Source of the DNA: a virus | Virus record (IMG/VR): IMGVR_UViG_3300034111_001103 | Span: 96,001 to 160,000 of that record | Length of the DNA stretch: 64,000 nt | Strand: one strand, 5' to 3' | Shown here: piece after piece, positions 38,213 to 50,200 of the stretch | How the letters are laid out: the number at the start of each line of letters is the position of its first letter | Position numbering within the stretch: position 1 is the first letter of the stretch | Position numbers and translations under genes: made by a program | The notes under the pieces: generated by a model | What the model was told of the DNA's origin: nothing | What the model saw: only the letters and a program-made list of their open reading frames with translations | Databases searched by the model: none

Positions 38213-41200
38213 TTATTGTAAACATTTAGCATCTTTTTGAGATAAATTTGTATTTAAGCCTAACTCTTCAGAAGTTATATTACTTTCTTGTGATTGAGTA
38301 GGTTGGTTTTGAGTAAAAGGTAATTTTTGTTGATTATTTAGTTTATCTAACATATTTTGTAAAGATACTAAAAAATCTTGAGATTTAAAAGAATATCTTG
38401 ATTTTAATTCAGAATCCCAATATATTGGCATAGTATCCTTCATATTTCTTAGAAGGTTTTCATTCATATTAGGTCTTAATGTTTGAACACTTTCATTGTT
38501 TATGTAAGAAGGTTTGTAATCTGTATTTGAGTTGTAATATTCAGATGTTTCTCTGTTTCCATATTTTCTTACAGGAAAATAAGTAACTAGGAAACCTTTG
38601 TTATCTTTAGTTGCTACTAAAGGAACATCTTTTTCTTGAGTTATTGGATTAGGAACTTCTAATCTTTTATATAATACAATTTCATTAAAAGAAAAATCTT
38701 TTCTTTTAACCATAGCATCTTTTTCAACTTTAGTGTAATACTTACCAGTTTTAGGATTTATAGCTTGTTTCTTTACTTTAATGTAAGGTTTTTGTGTTAT
38801 TTCTTTAGATGAAGCTATTTGTATGATATTTACTGTTGCTTCTAAATCACCTTTTGTAACTTTTTGTTGTCTATAGATATTTTTAGTTCTATTTTCATAA
38901 ACAGGAGCTTGATATATAGGAACTAATTTGTTATCATACCATTTACTTTGATAATAATTATTAACAAAGTCTTCTATATATTGTTGTTGTAGTTCTGGAG
39001 ATAGTTTTTCTCTAAATTGAGTTAACACCTGAGCCATTATATTTTCTATAGCATCTGCTGGAATTAATGTATTGTAAGAATTAGGAGTATTTGTTACACC
39101 ATTTTGTGCTATAACCCCTATTATTATACTTTTAGCTAAGTTTTCTGTAGTTGCTTTTTTAGAAAGATTGTAAAGATCAGCAGTCATTTGATTAGACTCA
39201 TTACTATCTTCAGGTTTTCTTAAAAGTCTTGATTGGAAATGTTTGTCATCTTTGTTTAGATAAACAGGATTTACACCAATAATATTAGAAAGAAACATAG
39301 AACTACCTTTATAGGTTTCTTGAGCTTGTCTTATAGTATTAGCTATGTTTGTGTCTTTATTTAAGAAAAGAGTAGGATAATAACTTGATATTGTTTGATC
39401 TACAAGGGGACCATAAGTTATTGGTAATGTATGTAATAGATAAGTAACAAGATCTTTTCTTATATTTTTTAGTTCTTTTTCTATATCATCAATACTTTTT
39501 TTAGACTGTAATACACTATTCATTAATTTGTTTAGAAAAGGTCTTATTACAGGATTTTCAGATAAATACAATTCAGAAAAAGATTTAAGAATAGTATTTT
39601 TAATTTCATATAAATTACCTATATGGGTAGTTTTATATAATTCAAACATTGTTTTACCTAAAGAAGATTCTAATGCATCTTTTAGTTTACTAAGTTTTAC
39701 TCTAGTGGAATCAAAAGATCTATCTAAAGTAGTATCTACATTTACACCTTGTGAGAGAGTTAAAATATCTTGAGCTACTTGTTCTAATTGTCTAAATTGT
39801 ACTAGTAGTGTAGCTTGATTTATTGCAAAATCAGGATTTTTATCACTAAGAATAAATTCTTCTAATTCTTGATCTGTGTAGTTTTCTCTATCTAATGTTA
39901 TCATTCTACCTTCTTTATCTGTAGGTAGTTTATATTTGACTATTAATTGCTCTTGTATTTCTTTTTTACTTTTAGGGTTTCTTTTGTTAAGTCTAACAAG
40001 TGCTCCTTGATTTTGTATTAAAAGGTTAACATAATCTATTATAATAGGTTGATTAAAGAATCTTACTAAAGTAGAAAGAGGAATACCTAGTCTTACTCCA
40101 GCTATATAAGTACCAGCAGTAGTTAAGTTACCATTAGCATCAAAGATATAAGGTTTGTTAGCTATATCTACAAAAGCATCTAGAAACATAGATATTAAGT
40201 CACTTATTCTTTCACCTTTAGAATTTAATTCTTGTGATAAAGAATAAATAGTGTTAGCATCATTTACAGGAACATTAGTATTGAAAAGAAAAGGAAATTC
40301 TACAGGTATATTAGAAACAATAGTTTGAGATATAGCATTTAATGTTTGATTAGAAGCAGCAATACCAACACCCTCTTTCCCTACTAAGAAAGAATATCTT
40401 TTTACTATATTATGTAATCTAGATAATATACTTGTATGATAAGCTTTTTTCTTTTGGTTTCTTTCTTTCAGTTCTTTGATTTTATTAGCTTCATTCTCAA
40501 GAGGATCTGCACTGTTGGGTTTAACTAATTGTTTAAAGTTTTCTTCTAATTGTACTATTTCTCTTAGATTATCTATATAATAATTATCTAAAGCTTTTTT
40601 AGAGTTTTGTTCATAAATAGATAATTTTTTAAATTCTTCAAAAGTTGGTATAGATTTTTTTTCTTCTTCAGAATTTTGTTTAGCAATTTCTAGATTTTCA
40701 TCATAAGATTTTGTTAAATCTATTCTTGAATCTGAAAGATCTTCTCCAAATATATCAGAAATAAGTTTAGTCGAATCTGTATCTAAGGAAGCTTTAAAAT
40801 AATTATAACCTTCTTTACTATTTAAAAACTCATAAAAGGTTTGAGCTTTTTGTAATTTTTTATATCTTTCTTCTACAGTACTATTAGTATTGTTTAAGAA
40901 ATTGATTTTTTCTAACTTTCCTGTTTGTTTGTTGAATTTATGATTATAAAGATAAAGATTAAGTTTATCAATATCAAAATCCGAACCTGCTTTACCTACT
41001 ATTTCTGAAGGAACCATTATAGCATCTCCATAAGAAGGGTCTAAAAACCCTACTATTTCAAAATGTTCTACAGAATTGAGAGCTTGAGTAGGAATCCTAA
41101 AACCTATACCTTTTAAAAGTTCTTTATCTATTTTAGAAAAGTCAAAATTTTCTAATCCTAATAATTCTTTATATCTCCAAGGTAGTTTTACTTGACAAAT

Positions 41201-44200
41201 TCTTTTACCATCTTCATTTTTGTAGAATTTAAGTTCTCCAGAATATAATTTTTTAGTTTTAGAGTCTTTCTTTCTAGGGTTTCTTTCAAAAAGAGTAGAA
41301 GCTATTTGAGGAAATTGTCCTCCAAATATCTTAGGAGTAAGAATAGCTTTATTTATAATAGAGTTTATGATATTTTCTACTGTATCTGTTCCAGATATAA
41401 TAGTATCAAAGGGTAATATAAATTGTCCTTGATCATTAGTTCTTATAAGAGATTTAACATTTAAAGGTTTATCTCTGTTGACTAATTCTTGTTGAATTTT
41501 TTCTTCAAACTTTTTATAATTGTTAAAAGTTAATACTTTTCTATTTGTATTAGGATCTATAGTTACTTCTCCCCCAAAGTCTTTGTAGAATTGATTTATA
41601 GCTTTAGTTTCCATAGCAGCAAGAATCTCAAAATTCTTTCTAACTAGATTATAATGATTAGAAGCAGTTCTTTTTTCTTCTTCTGAAAGAGAATCCCATT
41701 CAGTTTTTAAATCTTCTTCTGATAGATGTGAGTTTGTTTTCCTAAAATCTTTAGGAACTCCATTAGACATTAAGTTTAATATACCTAATTTTGTTAACTG
41801 AGTACCTAGAGTAGTAGACATTTTTTGTGTTATAGTTTCTACTTGAATACCAAACCATTCCCAACTTAATACTTTATGTTTAATATTTAAATTAGGTGTA
41901 CCATTAGGTTTATATAACTCTTCAGTATCTTTAGTTTGACCTACTTTGTTAGCAGATTCAAAAGTTATATAAGTTGTTTGATTTGTATAATGTTTTATGT
42001 AGAAATCTTTAGCATTAGAGAATTTTACTTCTCCTGTTGCTTCATCTATATATCTTATATGACTCCATATTAAAGGAGCTACTGAATATTTATGTTGTTC
42101 AAAAGTACCATCAGATTTTAAACCATTATAAGCAGGTTTTAATATATTCATATTTGGAAGAGGTAAAGGGTTTAATCCTTGTTCTTCTCTTACTTTATTT
42201 ATAGCTTGTATTGTAAAGAAAGGATTACCTTTAGCTATTATTTTTTTATCTAAAGCTCTCAGGGCATCAGCTCTTTTTTTGTCTTTTTTAGCTTTAGGGT
42301 ATAAATCCATATCACTTCTACATAAAGCATCATCATATTGTTTGAAGGCTTCATCTACTTCAGTCCAAGAGTTAGCTCTTCTTTTTATTTGAGAATATCC
42401 CCCTAAAAAAGCTAGTGCTTGGGCATCAGGTTCTTTAAGTTCTGAGTAAGGTTTAGCTTCTTCTTCTCCTAAAATTTCTTTTAATGCTTCATATTCTTCA
42501 GACACTACTACAGGATCTATATATACTTGTACATTAAATTCCTCTTGATGATTAACATATCCTAAATCTCCAGGAAATAATTCTACAGATTCTGTAGATT
42601 CTTGTCCTATGGTATCTTCTTCTATAAAAGCTACATTACTATTTTTATTATGATAATCATTAAAATATTGTGCAGAATATACTACTTTTTGAGAACCTGA
42701 AGTAGTTTGTTTTATTCTCTTAAAAGGATCTTTCCATTCATTCGGGTTTAAAAAGAATAAGTTAAATTGTTCAAATATATTTATCATATATTTAACTTCT
42801 TCTTCATAAACAATACTAGCTATTTGCTCTTTAGAAATATTTTTAAATTTATTAAAAGTACCTTCTACAGTTTTTTCTTCTTTTCCTTCTGGAGTAAGTA
42901 ATATTCTGTATTCATCTTTTTTACCTTCTATAGGAACTATAAGATTATTTATCCATAGTCTATTTTCTGTTTCTTTAGCTCTTTCTTTGAAGAAAGTTAA
43001 AAGGTCTTTTTCTATATCTTCTTTATTTTTTAAAAGAATAGTTTCTATACCTTCTGAAAGATCTATATTAGATAAAGTCTTTTCTGAAAGTATTTCTTTA
43101 AAGAGACCTAATTGGTTTGTGTTTTGTTTTAAATTAGACTCTCTTTGAGCTTTTGCTACTTCAGCTTTAAAGTAATTAATAAATATAGGTAAGTAATAAA
43201 TTTTATCACTAGCAGAACTTAAAACACTTTTAGGATAAGTAATTACCCATTCATTCTTAGTATCTGCTGGTACTATAATAGAATATATATTATTTATACC
43301 ATTAGCAAAATCTAGAGCTAATCTTCCTGATAAAGATAATTTATTTGAAGCATCAGTATTATCAGATTGTCTCTCTTCTATACCTTCAGTTACACCTACA
43401 GTTATATTACCTTTTTTTGTACCTGAAGGACTAAATAATTCAGAATGCAACATAGTTTGAGCATAATGAGGTAGTCTATCTATTAATTCTCCTTTAGTAG
43501 ATATTGAATTAAATATCTTATTAATACTTGTAATATATGAAGGTAAAGTTATATTTTGAACCATTTCCCCCTCTATATTTTTATGTTGAGTAGTTTCATA
43601 TATAGGGTTGTATTTATTATAAAGCTGAGCTAATTTATCAAACTTACCTTTAAATTCTCTAGAATCTGTTATTATATTATCAATATTGCCTTCTTTTTCA
43701 CTTAAAGTATAATTTACTATACTACTTAGTAATTTTAAAATTTCATCTTCTTCTGTAGAAGTGTATTTTGTATACTTTAATCTTATATCTATACCTAATT
43801 CATCTTTTGCAAATTGTGCATATTGATCTAATGTTTTAAGTGTAGGTATTGGTTTTCCTAAATTAAATACATAATGTCCTTGACTAACAGATACTTTTTT
43901 ATTAGATTTTAGTTTTTCATACCACTCATTTTTAAGTTTGTTAATACCATCTTTTTCATTTATAACAAAATTAACAGAAGAACCATCTTCATTAACTATT
44001 AGTTTGTAGTAAGTATTTTTAAAATTACTAAAGGCTATAAAGAAATCATTTCTTAATTCTACAGTAGCTTTATCTACTACTTCTTCATCTAGTTTTAATT
44101 TATTTATTAATGGTAAAAATTTAGCATCAACTTTAGTAAGATCATACAACATATCCATCATTTCAGTATAATTTGTAGCAGGAGCTAAAGCATACATAAG

Positions 44201-47200
44201 TTGAACAAATGTTTTATTATAATCTACTAAAGTAGGTAGGAAAAGAGAATTAGGTCTAGTTATAACTCTTCTAGTAACAGGGGAATAATATTGATCTTTT
44301 AGTGTAGCTACTAAAAGTTTTATTTTTAGATTTGCATTAAGTTTTCTATTAATAGTTAATGTATTTACAAATTGATCATTCTTATCTTTGTTTTCTTTAT
44401 TTGGGTTATTTTCTTCTAATTCCTCATCTTCAAATTCTATTTTATATTTACCTAAGTATTTCTTATTAGCTTTAACAAAATAATCCCAATTATCTAGAAT
44501 ATAAAGCATAGAAGTTTGAACATCATGAAATTTTTCATTAGTTTCTTCTAAGGTTGCATTATGTACAGCAGTATAATATTTACCAGGTTCTTTAAAGAAA
44601 TTTCTTCTTTCTTCAGGACTAGACATAATATGTTCAAAAAAAGCACGAACTTCATCATAATAATTGTCTATATTAATGTCAGACTTTAACAAATTTCCTA
44701 AAGAATCTCCTTTATCTGTTATAAATTGAAACAATAAAGCAGTAATAGATTTCATTGAATCATTATAAAACAAAGGGTTTGTTAGTTCTATATCAGCAAG
44801 TTTATTTTCTTTTGTAAGAGAATTAAGATTATATTTTAATCTTAGCTTTCTATATTTCCCAGAAGATAGGTTTTTAAAAGTACTTTCTATATTACCTAAA
44901 AATAAATCAAGTATTATGTTATATAATTGTTTAAACCAAGAATTTTTATAATATTCTCCATCCCACTTTAACTTACCTTTAGATAAATGGTATCTCATAT
45001 ATTCATCAGCAAGTTCTTCTTTAATTTGAAAATCAGTAGCTTCTGAATATTTAACAGATTTTTTAGTTTGATAATCTATAAAAGAACCTTTTCTATTTCT
45101 AAATTCTTCTCTTAATCTTTCAATTCTTTTAGGAGATAAAAAGTGTTTTTGTAAAGCTTCATAAGCTTCATGTTGAATAGTACCTCTTTTAGCTAAAGTA
45201 GAAAGTAAAATAGCTTTATCTTTTAATTGTCCCCAAGCAACATTATCTATTAAACCTTCTACAGATTGTAAAGGTATTTGAGGTAAAACATTATCTAAAT
45301 ATTCTTCAGCTTTCTCTATATCTTCTACTTCATAATCAGTTTCTTCAGAATCAACTAATTTAAAATCTTTTATATTTTCTGAAGTTGTAGATATATCACT
45401 TTCATTAAAACCTATATTATTAGAGTTTGTTTCTTCTACTTTTTCTTCAGAAACTACAGGTTCTTTTTCTACTATAGGTTCTATTTTCTTAAAACTATAA
45501 CTTTCTTTTGCAAAAACACCTAATTCAATAATATTTGATTTTATTAACTCTTTAATTACTTCATTAGATAATTTAGAATTAAATGTTTTATCAATAGTTA
45601 CAGTTTTTTCTTCCCCAACAGTTTTAATAGTATAATTTACTATTAAGTCTTTATTTGTAAGTTGATAAGAACCATCTTCACTTGAAAAAGGTATATCTTC
45701 ATTAGCAGATTCAAAAGATTCTGTATCAACATAAGCATATTTAGTATCATCTTTAAATACCATCATTCTTCCAAACTTATTAGGGGTAGTTTCAGAAGAA
45801 GGATTTAGTTTTATTTTTAAAGGTATTTCATCATTACTTCTTTTATTACCATTAGGAAGGATATCAGAAATAAGATAATCTTGATAAGTAGCCCATTTTC
45901 TTTCTAATAACTTTCCTTTTTCTAGATAATATTCTATAAACTCATTCATCATACCATTAGAGTCTATATTATGAAATATCATTCTATTATTTAACTCATT
46001 TTTTATTTTTGGTAAACCTTTAGTGTTAAGGGGTAATAAAGATGTTTTTGGTATCTGAATACTAAATGATGGTGAAGTTTTAAAAAATATTTGATTGTTA
46101 CCTAAAGGAGTTTCTTGTTTTACAGTTTCACCATTTTTATCAGTATATTCAGGATTTCTGATATATAGAATTTTAGATAAAAAGTCAAATAATTTTTTAT
46201 TTTCTTTTGAAGTTTCTATCTTTTCTTCTTTATCTTGAGATAATGATAGTTTTTTGTTTTCTCCTATTTTTGTAAGAACAGCCATCACAACATCTATGTC
46301 TTCTGGAGATATTCTTCTATTTTCTAGAAATTCTAAATGTGTACCTACTTTTACAAAAGGTCTTCCTTTAGGGAAACTTTTTTCTTGTTTGTTATGTACT
46401 ATTACAAAATTACCTTCTTTATTTTTTTCAGGAAATATAACTATTTGAGTATTAGGTTCTTTAATATCTAAACTTTGAGTAATAGGAAAAGATTTTTTAG
46501 CATCTTCTACAGGTCTTCCTCTAGTAACATAAAGAATAGGAAAAGTGATATTTTTTTTCTTACCTTTTTTTATAGTTTCAATAATATTATTTCTTCTTGC
46601 AATATGTTCATTTTGAAAATTTTCTGGAGTTTTTTCTGTACTATTAGAATTTTCATGATAGTTTTCCTCACCATTATTCCAAGTAAGTTTAGGTAATCTC
46701 ATAGAAGTATAAATAACTGTATCAGGGTTTATATCTTTAAGATATTTACCATCTACACCTATAAATTTTATTTGACCATTTCCTAATTTTTTTACTACTA
46801 CTAGTTTAATATCTTTACTTTCTTTTGAAGGAAATATTATACCACTTAAACCATAATTTGAAGCATTATCTTCAGTTAGTGCTAAAAGTTCATATTGTCT
46901 AATATCTTCTACATTATTTAAAAATGTTTGTAGTCTAGTAACTTGAGGGTTATCTTTTAAACTTTCTTTTCCAGTTTGTCCAATAGTATGTCCACTTGTT
47001 GTAGTAATAAATAATTGTTCTATACCTAATTTATCATCCTCAGATTCAATTCTTTTAATATCTTTTGTAGGATCATCTGTTTCTTCAGAAGATTCTGTAA
47101 TTTCTATTATAGGGGTTTCTTGAGTAGTAGATGTAGGTTGTTCTTTAGATAGTAGGGATTGTATTTGATTTTTAAAATTACTTATTTGATTATTATATCT

Positions 47201-50200
47201 GTTTTCTACTTCTGATATTTTTTTGTTTACTTCTGCTAATTGTTGTTTTAGTTGGTCAAGTTTTGTGTTTTCTGATTTAGAATAGTAAACACCTTCAGAA
47301 ACAAATCCTTCTGCCACATAGTCAATAGGATTTTCAATCATGTTTTTTAAAATACCTAAAGCCTCATCATAAGCATTTGTAGATATTCCTAAAATATCTA
47401 AAATATAATCAAAAAACCTTTCTACAAAATTTAATTCTTTGTTTTTTAAAGCATCTGTAAAACCATCATGTGTAAGTTCAGCAAGTATTTCATGTTCATT
47501 TTTTGAACCATAAAAATCTTTTGTGTTAGAATCACTCTGTAACTCTCTCAATAAATTAGAAAGTTTTTTAGCAGCATTAATTTGTTTTGGGGTAAGTTTA
47601 TTTAAAACTTCTGTTTTGTTGTATTTAACAGCATCTATTATGTAACTTGTAACACCGTGCACTAACTCATGTACAATAGTCCTTGCTGCTACATCAGGAC
47701 TTGTTAATAAACTTGCACGATTAGCTACTTGCCCATTAGAATATTCACCTTGATGTTCTTTTGCAATATTGTTACCTTTACCCTCAAGAAGAAATTTTGT
47801 AGGTATTTTTAATTTTTCTGCGACATTTTTTATTAAATTCCATATAAACTTAGTTTGTTTACTACCATGTTTTTGCACAAAAGCATCTAACTCATTTGCA
47901 TAATAAACTTTATCTAAGTCTATCCCTAGTTCTTCAGCAGATAATTTACTACGTTCATTTATACTTTCATCTACTGCTTCCTGATTTTCATTTAGTTTAT
48001 CTACTCTTGTACTGTTATCTTCAAAATATTCTAATTCAGAAGGTCTTTTGTAAGTAGTGCTATTTCTTTTTTCTAATTCTTGTATTATTTCTTCAAATGT
48101 AAAATCAGTAGTTTCTACAAAACGGTTTAATACCCTTATATCTTTATCTGATAAATTGTTTAATTGTGAAAAACTATCAACTAATGCTACAATTTGGTTT
48201 TTAAAACTTTTTTGTAAAAATCTTATCTTTTTATTAAGTTTATTAAACAAGGATATTTTATTGTCAGGAATAGAACCATCTTCATTTCTAAGATTTACAA
48301 TTTCTTTTTTTGCATCTTCAATTTCTTGCGTACTAGTTTCCGAACCTTTAGTATCTTTCTCAATTTCAGCAATCTCATTTTCTAATCTTTCTTTTTCTTC
48401 AATTAAAGGTTGTAGCTCTTTTGCTTTAGCTTTTTCTGCTTTTTCTATTTGTTTTTCTAATTCTTGTCTTCTTCTTTCTATATCAGCTTCTTTAGTTTCT
48501 ATAGTATTATCTACCTGATCAGTAGTAGTTTCTTCTTGTTCTATTCCTAAATCTAATAATATATCTTCATCAGAAGTTAAGACTTTTTCAGATACTAAAG
48601 AAGAGTTTATTTTAGTTTGTTTAGGAGTATTATCTTTTACTAGATCTTTGAGTTTTTTTAACCTAGAGTTTTTATTATTGTTTTGGTAACTTTCTAAATC
48701 GGATAAAAGAACTTGTTGATCTTTAAGTTTTCCGTCTTCTTTATATCTAAACATTACAAATCCTTTACCATCTTTAGGTCTGTACACTAATCTACCTTTA
48801 ACAACTGTTTCCTTTCCCTTAATATCTACAGGAAAAGTAAAAATAGTATTTTTGTGATCATAAACAAATCCTTTAGGATGGTTTAATTCTCTGTATTTTT
48901 TTAGAGAAGATTTTGGTGTAAATCTTTTATTATCAAAGTAATTAGCTGGTACTTCTTTTTCTATATTATCTTCTAGTATTTTTAATTTACCATTAGGTAA
49001 TTGTTCTAAGATAGTAACATCTTTAGTTTCAAATACTTTAGCTTTTTCTTTAGATTTAACAAAATTATAGACATGTAAAACTTCTCCTTTGTTATAAAGT
49101 TTGTTTTTTATTTGAATTTTATCTTCAGGAACAGGTTCTATATTATCTATAGCTTGAGCTTCAGTATTTATATTAGTTATTCTTTCTTGAAGTTTAGATT
49201 TTAATTCATCTATTCTTTTTATATCATCAGTATAAAGTTTTCTATCAGGATTCTTTTCAGAAGAAAACATTTCATTTGTAAACTCAAATTGTTTTTTGTA
49301 TTCATCTAATTTTTTAATAACACCTTCCAACACAGGAATATTTATTGATTCTGTATCTAGTAATGCAAAAAATTCTGGTAAATGTTTAGAAAGAGCTTTA
49401 GTGGGATCTGCTTGAAATTCATCTCTAAATGTAAGAGCTTTCTTTTTAAGAACATCTCTTTCTTCATTTAACTGATTTATTCTATCAAAAGTTTCTTCTG
49501 AAGGAGTACTTACTTGAGATAGTTTAAATAATTGATGAGTTAAGTTATAAAATTCATCTTCTTCTTTAGGATTTAATAAATATGGAGTATAAGGAAGAGA
49601 ATCTTTTCTAGTCATTTTAACATCTGAATAATAATCTTCTACTTTATCTACTACTTCTTTTCTATTTTTAGCTTCAGGAAATAGTTTTAATAAAGTTTTA
49701 TCATCTACAGTATTTAAATATTGTCTAGCTAATAGTAGATATTGTTCAGGATTTTGATAAATTTCTGAAGTAAAGTTTGCTAAACCACTTTTAGCAGTAT
49801 GAGATAAACCTCTATAACCACCCATACCCATTGTAGGTAACATAGCTAAAGTAGTATTCATTATGGTACTTAGAGTTTCTTCATAAGTTAGTCTATCATC
49901 TGCTTTGAATTTTAAATTATTTCTCTCTACACTTTTATCAAAAGGGGTATTGGCAACATTTCCTACTAATTCTTCTATACTTTCTTCCATAGGAACTTTT
50001 ACTAAAGAACTAAATAAAGTTTCTACAGTAGATTTCATTACAGGAGAAATCATAGATTTACCTAATGATTGTCTTAGAAATTGTTTTAATACAAAATCTT
50101 TTATAGGTTGTTTTGAAAGAGATTTAAATAAATCATATTCAGGAGTCCACCACATTTCTGTACCTGTTTCTATAAGTTTCTCTCTTTCTGTTTTAGTTAA

